64,000 bases of DNA from Armatimonadota bacterium (GTDB taxonomy: Bacteria > Armatimonadota > SYMT01). This document shows, in pieces, positions 1 to 9,505 of the stretch (its first letter is position 1; the number at the start of each line of letters is the position of its first letter). Under the pieces are notes generated by a model. The model was not told the origin of the DNA, ran no database searches, and saw only the letters and a list, made by a program, of their open reading frames with translations. Both the position numbers and the translations under genes were made by a program. The stretch lies in assembly GCA_041690135.1 (NCBI GenBank), contig JAWLHY010000018.1, forward strand, positions 64,001-128,000. The letters run 5' to 3'.

Positions 1-319
1 GGCCGATGTCGCTGCCTACAGTTCCAGCAAAGCCGCCGTCGTGAACCTCACCAGGAGCTTGGCGAACGATTGGGCGAAGTACCGCATCCGGGTGAACGCG
101 ATTGCGCCGGGCGTGATTCCCACGGCCTTGAACCGCCCGCTCATCGAGGGCACGCCTCGCGGCGAGTGGTTCCTGGCGCACACCCCGCAGGGGCGTTTCG
201 GCGAGCCGCACGAGATTGCCGGGGCTGCCGTCTACCTGGCGAGCCCGGCTGCCAGCTACTGCACCGGCGAGGTGCTCACCGTCGACGGGGGCTTCTCGGC
301 CCGCGGAGTGGGCGTTTAG
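1..319 (+). CDS. SDR family oxidoreductase, 3' part (gene starts before window)
   Basis: YxxxK (AYSSSK) just upstream of the listed ORF, then IRVNAIAPG and TGEVLTVDGG SDR motifs. Confidence 0.9.
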   Translation, partial: ADVAAYSSSKAAVVNLTRSLANDWAKYRIRVNAIAPGVIPTALNRPLIEGTPRGEWFLAHTPQGRFGEPHEIAGAAVYLASPAASYCTGEVLTVDGGFSARGVGV

Positions 320-424
320 ATCCGGAGCCGCGTCGCGCGTAGTCCCTTTCTAACTTCCCCTGTTGGCTAGTGGGCTCACCCCACCCCGCCGTTCTGACCC
401 GGCGGAATCGATTCTGGAAACGAA

Positions 425-1600
425 ATGCGAGTTACCGGAAAACTGTGTGAAACGGGCGAGGTCGTCACCCTTCGGACCGAGGGACGACGGATCGCCGGAT
501 GGGAGCCGGGCGTGCGAGAGCCGGACCTGGGTGGTCCCGACATCTGGCTGTCTCCCGGCTTCATCGATGTTCAGCTGAACGGTTATTGCGGGGCCGACTT
601 CAACATCGAGACCTGGGGTCACCGGGATGAAGCAGCAGCGGACCTGTCGCTGGTCTTCGAACTGGCTGCTCGGGCCGGCACCCCCCTGCTCTGTCCGACC
701 TTTATCACCAACAGCCACGGCGCTATCGTCAAGGGCCTGACGCGGCTGTTACGAGTTCTTGAACAGAACCGAAGCCTGGTGGATGCTGTCCCTGGGATTC
801 ACGTGGAAGGTCCCTACATCTCCGCGGAAGACGGTCCGCGCGGCGCCCACCCGATTGAGCACGTGCGCCTGCCCGACTGGGAGGAGTTCCAGCGCTTCCA
901 GGAGGCGGCCCAGGGAAAGATCAAGATCCTGACTCTGGCGCCGGAACTACCGGGCGCTCTTCCGTTCATCGAGAAGGTGGCCGACGCGGGCGTGGTGGTG
1001 GCGATCGGTCACTCCGGCGCCGAGCCGGAGGTGATTCGGGATGCCGTGCGCGCCGGAGCGCAGATGTCCACTCACCTGGGAAACGGGGCACACGGAACCA
1101 TCCGACGGCATCCCAACTACATCTGGGAACAACTCGCGCACGATGACCTCTACGCCAGCATCATCACGGACGGCCATCACCTCCCGGCATCGGTTTGCAA
1201 GTCGTTCGCGCGGGTGAAGGGTCCGGAGAAGCTGGTGTTGGTGAGCGACGCCGTGGCCCTGGGCGGTCTCCAGCCGGGGGTGTACGCCGGCGGCCGGTAC
1301 GAAGTGCTCCCGACGGGCAAGGTGGTGACGGCGGGCACTCCCTACCTGGCTGGAGCGGGGCACCTGTTGGACACCTGTCTGGCCAATGCTCTCCGGTTCA
1401 CTGATCTTTCGCTGGCACAGGTCATCCGCTGCGCCAGTACTATTCCCGCCCGGATTCTGGGTCTCGAATCGCGCAAGGGACATCTCCGGGTCGGATACGA
1501 TGCCGATCTCACCCTCTTCCGGGTGCCGGATTCGGGTCCCCTCCAGATCGAAGCCACCGTACGCGCGGGGGAACGGGTCTATGACGCGCCCGCTCGTTGA
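425..1600 (+). CDS. nagA: N-acetylglucosamine-6-phosphate deacetylase-like amidohydrolase
   Basis: PGFIDVQLNG, GIHVEGPYIS, GAHP, TLAPE, IGHS, THLGN, DGHH, LVSDA motifs. Confidence 0.85.
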   Translation: MRVTGKLCETGEVVTLRTEGRRIAGWEPGVREPDLGGPDIWLSPGFIDVQLNGYCGADFNIETWGHRDEAAADLSLVFELAARAGTPLLCPTFITNSHGAIVKGLTRLLRVLEQNRSLVDAVPGIHVEGPYISAEDGPRGAHPIEHVRLPDWEEFQRFQEAAQGKIKILTLAPELPGALPFIEKVADAGVVVAIGHSGAEPEVIRDAVRAGAQMSTHLGNGAHGTIRRHPNYIWEQLAHDDLYASIITDGHHLPASVCKSFARVKGPEKLVLVSDAVALGGLQPGVYAGGRYEVLPTGKVVTAGTPYLAGAGHLLDTCLANALRFTDLSLAQVIRCASTIPARILGLESRKGHLRVGYDADLTLFRVPDSGPLQIEATVRAGERVYDAPAR

Positions 1601-1647
1601 ACAGATCGTGACGACTTTGAACGTGAGCCATCGCGGAAAAGGAAACC

Positions 1648-2934
1648 ATGTCCAATCGTAAGATGAAAGTGGCCCTCATCGGGGCCGGTATGTTCGGTGG
1701 CGACGTCCACCTGCGTGCGTTCGCGGACGTCCAGCGCTCGGGGCTCAGCGGCTTCCTGGCCCGCCTGGGGCAAGATGAATACTGCCGCGCAGTTGCCGAC
1801 ATCGACTTTGAACTGGTCGCAGTCGCCACTCGCTCCGAGAGTTCGGCGATCCGGGCCGCCGACTACTTCCACGGTCTCACGGGCTATCGGCCCGAGCCGT
1901 TCTGCGGCTCCGCCCCCTGGAACGACGTGCTCGCCGCCCATCCCGACCTCGATATTCTGGCGGTCGCCACTCCCGACAACCTCCATACCCAGCCGGTCCT
2001 CGCCGGGCTGGAGGCCGGCTGCCACGTCGTGGTCGAGAAGCCGATGTGTCTCAGCCTGGAAGAGGCGGACCGCATCATCGAGTTGGCCAACGAGAAGAAC
2101 CGCGTGGTGTGCGTCGATATGCACAAGCGGTACGATCCGGACCACTTGCGCATCCGCAACGACATCCGTAACCGGATCGGCGAGCCTCTCTACGGTACGG
2201 CGATCCTGGAAGAGCCGCTGGAAGTCTCGACCAGCACCTTCAAGTGGGCGGAGCAAAGTGACCCCTTTAGTTATGTGGGCCCCCACTGGACGGACCTCAT
2301 CCATCACTACTATGGCGCCAAGCCCGTGGGCCTGACCGCCGTCGGCCAGAAGAAGCGGCTGGTGCGCGATGGCATCAATGCTTACGACGCCGTACAGGTC
2401 CGCGTAGACTGGGACAACGGGATGAGCATCTACTTCCAGAACAACTGGATCAATCCTCCGGATTTCGAAGGGCCCGTGAACCAGGGGCACGAGATCGTGG
2501 GCACGGAAGGCAAGGTGGAGAGCGACCAGCAATACCGGGGCTTCCGCTACTGGTACAACGGTGGTGGCTCTCGCACTTCCAACAACCACTTCACCCGCGA
2601 CGTTCCCCGCGCCGACGGAACGGCCTCCTATGTCGGCTATGGAACAGACAGCATCCACGTCGGCCTCCTGGCGGCGTGCCGGATCAAGTTCATGGGCGCC
2701 ACTCTGGAAGAGGTGAAGCCGACCTTCCCCACCCCGGAAGAAGGGCGGATTACGGTGGCCATCGTCCACGCGGCGCGCCTGGTTCGCGACCTGAACTTCC
2801 GGTACCAGCAGGAAGGCAAAGCCCCGGCGGTCAGCGCCGGATTCGGACCGGATGGGATCACGATCATCGATCCTTACCGGGTCACCGAGGGTCCGGACGC
2901 GGTATTCCAGAAGATCTACACCCACCCGATATAA
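1648..2934 (+). CDS. Gfo/Idh/MocA family NAD(P)-dependent oxidoreductase
   Basis: GAGMFG Rossmann motif, VATPDNLH, VEKPM, HKRYDP. Confidence 0.88.
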   Translation: MSNRKMKVALIGAGMFGGDVHLRAFADVQRSGLSGFLARLGQDEYCRAVADIDFELVAVATRSESSAIRAADYFHGLTGYRPEPFCGSAPWNDVLAAHPDLDILAVATPDNLHTQPVLAGLEAGCHVVVEKPMCLSLEEADRIIELANEKNRVVCVDMHKRYDPDHLRIRNDIRNRIGEPLYGTAILEEPLEVSTSTFKWAEQSDPFSYVGPHWTDLIHHYYGAKPVGLTAVGQKKRLVRDGINAYDAVQVRVDWDNGMSIYFQNNWINPPDFEGPVNQGHEIVGTEGKVESDQQYRGFRYWYNGGGSRTSNNHFTRDVPRADGTASYVGYGTDSIHVGLLAACRIKFMGATLEEVKPTFPTPEEGRITVAIVHAARLVRDLNFRYQQEGKAPAVSAGFGPDGITIIDPYRVTEGPDAVFQKIYTHPI

Positions 2935-2960
2935 CTTATCTAGAGGATAGTAAGAACCCC

Positions 2961-4334
2961 ATGGGCAAGCCTTTCGACATCACCCCTAAAGAAGTTCCCC
3001 CGGTGGAGACCCCGTTCCGCCGGATCTGCACCCCCATCCCGCACCCTGACTCTGTTCCCACGTTGGAGCGACTGCTGAAGTTCGAGCCCCGCTCGATGTC
3101 CGGTCAACCACCGATCGTGTGGGAGCGCGCCGAGGGCTTCCACGTCTACGACCGCTACGGCAACAAGTGGCTGGACTGGTCCTCGGGGGTGCTCGTCACC
3201 AACGCGGGGCACTCGCATCCCGAGGTGCGCGCAGCCGTCATCGACCAGGCGGAAAGTGGACTGCTCCACAGCTACTGCTTCCCGAACGAGGAGCGTGCCG
3301 AGTTGGTGGAGTTACTGGTCGGTCTCGCGCCCGAGGGTCTGGAGAAGTGCTTCCTATTGACCACGGGCTCCGAGACCACGGAGTGCGCGCTGAAGTTAGC
3401 GCGGAGTTGGGGGCAGCGGACCGGCGGGCCCGAGAAGATCGGTATCGTCAGCTTTCTGCAGGGCTTCCACGGCCGGACCATGGGCGCGCAGCAAATGGGG
3501 CCTCTCGGAGGCGGCAACCAGTGGATCCGGAATCTCGATCCCTCGATCCACCACGTGCCGTTCCCGGATGGCTACCGCGTAGAAGACACCAGTTTCGACC
3601 TCTTTCTCCACACGCTGGACGAGCGCGGCCTGACTCCGGACAGGATCGCCGGCGTGATCACCGAGACCTACCAGGGGGTGGGACCGGACTTCCTGCCCGT
3701 CGAGTACGCACAGAAGCTGCGCCGGTGGTGCGATGAGCACGGCGTGGTCCTGATCTTCGACGAGGTCCAGGCCGGCTTCGGGCGCTGCGGCACGTTCTGG
3801 GGTTTCGAGCACTACAACGTGGTGCCCGATCTCATCACGTGCGGCAAGGGAATCACCAGTTCCCTCCCGCTCGGCGCAGTGCTGGGGCGATCCGCGATCA
3901 TGGACCAGTACGATCCCGGCTCCATGACCAGCACACACTCCGGCAACCCGGTTTGCTGCCGGGCGGCGGTCGCCAGCGTTAAGGCAATCCTCGAAGAGGG
4001 CATGGTCGAGAACGCGCGGCACATGGAGCAGGTTCTGATGCCGGGCCTGCAGGCCATCCAGGCGCGGCACCCCAACGTCATCGGCTGCGTTCACGGCAAG
4101 GGTCTCGTGGCCGGCCTGCAAATGGTGAAAGCCGGAACCAAGGACCCCGACCACGATCTTGCCCATCGCATCATCGAGAAGTGTTTCCAGCGCGGGCTGC
4201 TCTTCTTCGCGCCGGTTGGTGTCGGCGGCGGCTGCGTCAAGATCTCGCCCCCGCTCAACATCACGGCGGAGGCGATCCGGGACGGCCTCGCCGCCCTCAG
4301 CGAAGCCTGCGACGAAGCCATCGCCGAGCTCTGA
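2961..4334 (+). CDS. class III PLP aminotransferase (GabT/ArgD-like)
   Basis: GFHGRT, LIFDEVQAGFGRCG, PDLITCGKG; start set at ATG 2961 after GAGGA. Confidence 0.88.
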   Translation: MGKPFDITPKEVPPVETPFRRICTPIPHPDSVPTLERLLKFEPRSMSGQPPIVWERAEGFHVYDRYGNKWLDWSSGVLVTNAGHSHPEVRAAVIDQAESGLLHSYCFPNEERAELVELLVGLAPEGLEKCFLLTTGSETTECALKLARSWGQRTGGPEKIGIVSFLQGFHGRTMGAQQMGPLGGGNQWIRNLDPSIHHVPFPDGYRVEDTSFDLFLHTLDERGLTPDRIAGVITETYQGVGPDFLPVEYAQKLRRWCDEHGVVLIFDEVQAGFGRCGTFWGFEHYNVVPDLITCGKGITSSLPLGAVLGRSAIMDQYDPGSMTSTHSGNPVCCRAAVASVKAILEEGMVENARHMEQVLMPGLQAIQARHPNVIGCVHGKGLVAGLQMVKAGTKDPDHDLAHRIIEKCFQRGLLFFAPVGVGGGCVKISPPLNITAEAIRDGLAALSEACDEAIAEL

Positions 4335-4344
4335 TAACGCGACG

Positions 4345-4398
4345 CCTTCAACCTTCAACCTTCAACCTTCAACCTTCTGACCTGCAAACCTTCCAACC
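4345..4398. repeat. heptamer tandem repeat (CCTTCAA)x4 plus degenerate copies
   Basis: Four perfect CCTTCAA units at 4345-4372, followed by CCTTCTGA, CCTGCAAA, CCTTCCAA; intergenic. Confidence 0.9.
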
Positions 4399-4444
4399 CG
4401 CAGCCCAGCCTGCAGGCCAAACCGTAGACGTCAAGGTGCAACAA

Positions 4445-5467
4445 ATGTCGGATGTGATCCTTACCGGCCTCGCGGACGAGGGGCCGGTTTCCAAGCGTGC
4501 CGAAGAGCAGTTGACGATGGTGCGCGCCCTGGGGCTTTCCTACTACAGCCTCCGGTTCGTGGATGTAGGCAACGGTATCAAGAATGCCATGCTCCTCACG
4601 GACGAGGAAGTGGCGCGGCTCGTGAAGTTGCACGAGGAGTACGAAGTCCGCGTATCTTCGCTCGCCTCCCCCATCGGCAAGGTGAAGCTGTTCGACTTCG
4701 ACGACGGAACCTCCAACCGGTTTGTGCCGTTCGACCAGTACCTGCGCGAGGACGTGGCGCATTCCATCGAATTGGCGCAGAAACTGGGCACGCAGCTCAT
4801 CCGCGGGTTTTCCTTCTACCCGCCCAAGGACGATGATCCGTATGACCACGTCCCCCAAGCGGCGGAGCAACTACGGGCTATCGCGGAGGCCTGCGCCAGT
4901 GCCGGGCTCTACTTCGGCCTGGAAGTCGAGGCCAACCTGGTGGGCCGCAACGGCGAGCTCGAAGCCGCTCTCTGGGAGGCGGTAAAACACCCGAACCTGG
5001 GACTGGTCTTCGACGCCGCAAACATGGTCTGCCAGGGATACGGTCCGGACGAGGTGTTCGAACAGTACCAGGCCATGGAACCTGGCCTGCTCTGGCTCCA
5101 TATCAAGGATTACCTCGACCCCGAACTGCGGAAAGCCTCCGCGGCCGAACGGACGCGGGGTCACGTGGCGGAAGACGCCCTGCTGCACTTCGTTCCCGCG
5201 GACCGCGGCGACTCGGACCACCGCCGCATCTTCCGGGCCGTGAAAGAGTCCCTGCCCGCCTTCCAGCAGCGCCTGTCCGAGAAAGGCCTACCAGGCCTGT
5301 TCCTGGACCTGGAGCCGCACGTGAAGGGCGGGGGTCAGTTCGGCGGGTTCAGCGGCGTGGACGGGTTCGGCGTGGCGCTCCGGGCGCTTTGCCGCGTGCT
5401 GGATGACACCGACGTATCCTACCATCTGACCGAATTCGACGAGCTTCGCCGGACCGCAAAGTCCTGA
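4445..5467 (+). CDS. sugar phosphate isomerase/epimerase (xylose isomerase-like TIM barrel)
   Basis: SPIGK, GLEVE, VFDAAN, LHIKD, LEPH metal-binding motifs. Confidence 0.82.
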   Translation: MSDVILTGLADEGPVSKRAEEQLTMVRALGLSYYSLRFVDVGNGIKNAMLLTDEEVARLVKLHEEYEVRVSSLASPIGKVKLFDFDDGTSNRFVPFDQYLREDVAHSIELAQKLGTQLIRGFSFYPPKDDDPYDHVPQAAEQLRAIAEACASAGLYFGLEVEANLVGRNGELEAALWEAVKHPNLGLVFDAANMVCQGYGPDEVFEQYQAMEPGLLWLHIKDYLDPELRKASAAERTRGHVAEDALLHFVPADRGDSDHRRIFRAVKESLPAFQQRLSEKGLPGLFLDLEPHVKGGGQFGGFSGVDGFGVALRALCRVLDDTDVSYHLTEFDELRRTAKS

Positions 5468-5499
5468 ATCCGGCTCAATAACTCCAGGAGACTCTGACC

Positions 5500-6744
5500 A
5501 TGCATCCCTTGCGCCTGGCAGTCCCACTTTCCCTTTGCGCCACCCTCGCCGCGGCGGCCACCGCGCCGTACCGGCAGACACTCACGAGTGTCGAGCGCAA
5601 CAAGCGTGCCGAGAAGTGGCAAATCACGAGCAAAGAAGTCACGCCTCGCAGCAAGGTGCCCTGGTCGGTCCGCAAGGTCACGCTCCATGGTGGAAAGCAG
5701 GAAGGGGTGGACCTGATCCACGTCGATAACGGCAAGATCCGGTTCACCGTTTGCCCAACCCGCGGGATGGGGCTCATCTCCGCCTCCCGCGGGGATCTCC
5801 GGCTCGGCTGGGATTCGCCGGTGAAGGAGATCGTCCATCCGCAGTACGTCAACCTGCAGGCGCGTGGCGGGCTGGGTTGGCTGGATGGGTTCAACGAGTG
5901 GATGTGCCGGTGCGGCCTGGAGAACAACGGCGGCCCCGGCACCGATCGTTTCATCAACAACGTGGGTGATGAGGCGACGATGGACCTCACCCTGCACGGC
6001 AAGATCGCCAACCTACCCGCGCAGGAGGTGGAGGTGGTCGTGGACCGTGAGCCGCCATACACCATCCACATCCGCGGGACGGTCCACGAGCGGATGTTCT
6101 ATGGGCCCAAGCTGGAACTCCGGACGGACATCTCAACAGTTCCGGGGTCCGACACGCTCCGGGTCAAAGATGTGATCACCAACCGGGGTGCGCAGCCGCA
6201 GGAGTTCCAGATCCTCTACCACACGAACTTCGGCCGGCCTCTCCTGGAGCAGGGAGCGACCTTCGCGGCGCCGGTCGCGCGGGTGATCCCGATGAATGAC
6301 GTGGCGGCCCGCGCGATCAACAACTATCCGAAGTACCTGGGTCCGACACTCGGGTTCGTGGAGCAGGTCTACTGCATGTATCCGCGGGCGGATGCCTCGG
6401 GCCGCTCCCTGGCGATCCTGCAGAACCGGGCGCGGAACCAGGCCGCTTCCGTCCGTTATTCCGTGACGGAGTTGCCGTACCTCACGCTCTGGAAGAACAC
6501 GGCGGCCACGAACGATGGCTACGTCACGGGGATCGAGCCGGGAACCAACTTCCCGAACACTCGCAGCGTGGAGCGCAAATTGGGCCGGGTTCCGAAGCTG
6601 GGCCCCGGCGCCAGTTACTCGATCGCCGTCGATTTCGGTCTCCACAGCGGCACCTCGGAAGTGCAGGCACTTACGGACGAGATTGCCGCCATCCAGGGTG
6701 ACCATCGTCCCGTCCTCGAACCGCGCCCCGAGAAGAAAGATTGA
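5500..6744 (+). CDS. aldose 1-epimerase-like (DUF4432/YphB-type) protein with signal peptide
   Basis: LHGGKQEGVD, PTRGMG, RCGLE, LTLHG, LYHTNFG, GYVTGIEPGT. Confidence 0.8.
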   Translation: MHPLRLAVPLSLCATLAAAATAPYRQTLTSVERNKRAEKWQITSKEVTPRSKVPWSVRKVTLHGGKQEGVDLIHVDNGKIRFTVCPTRGMGLISASRGDLRLGWDSPVKEIVHPQYVNLQARGGLGWLDGFNEWMCRCGLENNGGPGTDRFINNVGDEATMDLTLHGKIANLPAQEVEVVVDREPPYTIHIRGTVHERMFYGPKLELRTDISTVPGSDTLRVKDVITNRGAQPQEFQILYHTNFGRPLLEQGATFAAPVARVIPMNDVAARAINNYPKYLGPTLGFVEQVYCMYPRADASGRSLAILQNRARNQAASVRYSVTELPYLTLWKNTAATNDGYVTGIEPGTNFPNTRSVERKLGRVPKLGPGASYSIAVDFGLHSGTSEVQALTDEIAAIQGDHRPVLEPRPEKKD

Positions 6745-6772
6745 AGCCGGCTTGATGCCTGGAGGATTCCCG

Positions 6773-7654
6773 ATGATCAAATGCATCCGCCCCCTACTGG
6801 CGGGTTCCCTGGCGGTACTTACTGTCTGTGCCGCCGGAGGTGTCCACTCCCAGGAGAAGTCCGCCAAGAAAGAAGAGAAGAAGCCGGAAACCCCCGAACT
6901 GGTGGTCCGTAAGGATAGAGCGGGCGACATCCCGGTGATGGTGATCTCGCCGAAGGATACAAAGGGCCGCCACCTGGTAATCTGGCTGCCCGGCTTCAGT
7001 GGCTCGAAAGAGGGCACGGAAGGCCCCCTCCGCCAGTTGGCGGCCCGGGGGTTCGTGGCGCTGAGCTTTGACCCCTATCAGCACGGGGAACGCGCCATCG
7101 AGACCCGCCCGGAGCTTTCGAACCGGGTCCGCGGCAACATCCGCCGCTACTTCTGGCCCATCCTGGCCAAGACCGCCGAGGAAGTGCCGCAGGTCATCGA
7201 CTGGGCGATCAAGGAATTGGGTGTCAGCAAGGAAGTGGGGATGGGTGGCACCTCCATGGGCGGCGATATCTCCGTGGCGGCTGCCAGTGTCGATAAGCGC
7301 CTCAAGGCGATTTCCGCCTGCGTCGCTACTCCGGACTGGATGCGCCCGGGTTCCTTCGAGCCGCCCGGGACACCGGATGAGGCGGCCCAACGGGACTACG
7401 ATCGCCGCAATCCCCTCACCCATCTGGAACTGTACAAGCATCGCCCGGCTATCGCATTCCAGAGCGGCGCCGACGACCGGCAGGTTCCGCCGGATGGCGG
7501 GGTCCGCTTCATCGAGGCGCTCAAGCCGATGTACGGCAAGAGCGCGGAGGAGAAGTTGGTGGTGAACCTCCAGCCCAACACGCCGCACCGTTTCACCCCG
7601 GAGATGATGGCCAACTCCATTGCCTGGTTCGAAAAGCACTTGCTCAAGAAGTAA
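6773..7654 (+). CDS. secreted alpha/beta hydrolase (esterase/dienelactone hydrolase-like)
   Basis: Signal peptide, GTSMGG nucleophile elbow, DRQVP and PH triad motifs; GGAGG RBS. Confidence 0.8.
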   Translation: MIKCIRPLLAGSLAVLTVCAAGGVHSQEKSAKKEEKKPETPELVVRKDRAGDIPVMVISPKDTKGRHLVIWLPGFSGSKEGTEGPLRQLAARGFVALSFDPYQHGERAIETRPELSNRVRGNIRRYFWPILAKTAEEVPQVIDWAIKELGVSKEVGMGGTSMGGDISVAAASVDKRLKAISACVATPDWMRPGSFEPPGTPDEAAQRDYDRRNPLTHLELYKHRPAIAFQSGADDRQVPPDGGVRFIEALKPMYGKSAEEKLVVNLQPNTPHRFTPEMMANSIAWFEKHLLKK

Positions 7655-7694
7655 CAGCAAACAAACTGCTTCGCAGATTCCGGGAGAACGATCG

Positions 7695-8504
7695 ATGTGC
7701 TTCGCAGGTATTCGCAGGCAGCATTGGATTCCGGTACTGGCGTTAATTCTGGTGAGTGCCCAACCCTTGTACGCCCTCCAGCCTGGGCAGGGTCCACCAG
7801 GGGCCGTGCTCAACCGGATCGTGGAGCTTGTGCGGACCGAAGATAGCTATGCGGTAGCACAGTACGTGGAGGCGCAGGGAAACCCGTCCCAGGTCGGGGA
7901 ACTTTACGACCGCCTCATCATGGCGCTCTACTTCACGAAGAAGGATCTTCCTGGCGTGACGGTCACGGCACGTGCCGGCATTCACTACTGCCTGACCAAG
8001 AGCGCCGAGGAAGCCGGTCGAGACCCCATGGCCTCGGAAAAGTTCAAAGGTACCGCCAAGACGATCGCTTACAACCTGGCGTCCTGCACCTGGTCGGGCT
8101 GGGATGAGCCGGGTATCCGCATCACTCCCGCCGACCTCTCAATGGGACTCGATGCGGCCCGCCTCAATCTCCGCCTGGGCCGGGAGTTGAAGCGTGGAGA
8201 TGCCCCGATGGCGGCTGCTCACTGGATGCTGGGCGCGCATCTCCTGGCGGCAGGTGACTACGCCGCGGCCGTCCGCGAATTCGATGCCTCAGCGGTCCGG
8301 GCACGGGAGGCCAAGGACACCGGGAGCGAACTGCTCGCGCGCGGGTTTGCCGGGATGGCGAAGCAGATAGGGGAACTGGATGCCGCGGGCGAGCGGGAAT
8401 ACACCGCTGTCCGAGACGAACTGGCGGCGGGCAAGATCAAGGACGGGAAGTTCTTCGCGGATCAGCTCGACACGGCGCGCAAAGTCTTTATGCGCCCCCG
8501 GTGA
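7695..8504 (+). CDS. hypothetical exported alpha-helical (TPR-like) protein
   Basis: Long ORF with N-terminal signal-like segment and helical composition. Confidence 0.6.
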   Translation: MCFAGIRRQHWIPVLALILVSAQPLYALQPGQGPPGAVLNRIVELVRTEDSYAVAQYVEAQGNPSQVGELYDRLIMALYFTKKDLPGVTVTARAGIHYCLTKSAEEAGRDPMASEKFKGTAKTIAYNLASCTWSGWDEPGIRITPADLSMGLDAARLNLRLGRELKRGDAPMAAAHWMLGAHLLAAGDYAAAVREFDASAVRAREAKDTGSELLARGFAGMAKQIGELDAAGEREYTAVRDELAAGKIKDGKFFADQLDTARKVFMRPR

Positions 8505-9471
8505 GAATCACCTTGATGGCTCCGTCTCGCCGGTCGGCAAAAAGCGAAAAACCCTCCTGGGCCTGCTCCAGCGGGTAGTGGTGCGTGACAATGGGGCCAA
8601 CATCGATGGTCCCGCCGGCGATCAGTTCTACGGCGATCGGGAAATCGTGCTGGATATCCGGCCCGAGGCTGTTGATGAGCCGGCCTTCTTTCACGAAGAA
8701 GTCGCGGAACGCCATGTCGTAATGGGCGTGGTGCGGTACCCCGAAGGAGAGCAGGATTCCGTTCCGGCGAATGAGCGAGGCGGCCGTGTTCAGGGTTTCC
8801 TGGTGTCCCACGGCTTCCACCACCAGGTCCGCGCCGCGCCCTCCGGTCAATTCCTGGATGGCGGCAACCACCTCGGCATCGCTGCCTGACTGCGCCTGGA
8901 CCGTGTGCGTGGCGCCCATCTTCCGGGAGACCTCCAACCGTTCCGGCAGCAGATCGACCCCCACGAGGTTCACCACCCCCATGGTGCGGAGTAGGGCTGT
9001 AAAGAGCTGGCCGATCGGCCCCTGCCCTACCACGACCGCCGTCCACCCGAGAACGTTCGGCAACTTGAGGCAGGCGTGGACGATGGTTCCCAGCGGCTGG
9101 GAGAGGACCAACCGGTCCGCTGGCCCGTCCGGCACGGGGACGGTCATGCCCTCTTCAGAGAGGAAATACGTTCCCAGGCCCTGTTGGACATAGGGGAGCG
9201 CGAGGACGCGATCGCCTTCTTGGAAGCGCGAACTACGCGACATCGCCACCCGCCCGACCAGTTCGTGCAGCGAGAACAACGGCGGCAGGGGTAGTTCCAT
9301 CCCGACCAGCGCCGGATGATCGCGCTCGTAGAGGAAGTACGGCAGGTCGCTCCCGCAGATGGCGCCCGCCTCCACCTTCACCACGATCTGCCCCGGACCC
9401 GGCTCGGGGACCCCGACTTCGACCATCTCGAGTTTCCGAGGCGCCGTGATCTGTCCTGCCAGCATCTTCAT
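8488..9471 (-). CDS. zinc-binding (MDR) dehydrogenase, threonine/sorbitol dehydrogenase-like
   Basis: ICGSD, HE, GQGPIG, VVEAVG. Confidence 0.88.
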   Translation of the reverse strand: MKMLAGQITAPRKLEMVEVGVPEPGPGQIVVKVEAGAICGSDLPYFLYERDHPALVGMELPLPPLFSLHELVGRVAMSRSSRFQEGDRVLALPYVQQGLGTYFLSEEGMTVPVPDGPADRLVLSQPLGTIVHACLKLPNVLGWTAVVVGQGPIGQLFTALLRTMGVVNLVGVDLLPERLEVSRKMGATHTVQAQSGSDAEVVAAIQELTGGRGADLVVEAVGHQETLNTAASLIRRNGILLSFGVPHHAHYDMAFRDFFVKEGRLINSLGPDIQHDFPIAVELIAGGTIDVGPIVTHHYPLEQAQEGFSLFADRRDGAIKVILTGGA

Positions 9472-9505
9472 CGCGAGGTCTCCGGTTCCGGGTCCGTGCA
9501 AGTGT

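Noticed and set aside
1579-2925. Long antisense ORFs (e.g. 1579-2925, 13328-14584, 17021-18559, 35476-37002, 43022-44350, 49177-50433)
   Set aside because: Shadow frames of well-supported genes in high-GC DNA; no recognisable motifs.
2676-2960. N-terminal extensions given by the ORF track (also 4181, 6515, 15993, 34858, 47677)
   Set aside because: They overlap neighbouring genes or repeats; downstream ATGs with RBS match the family N-termini.
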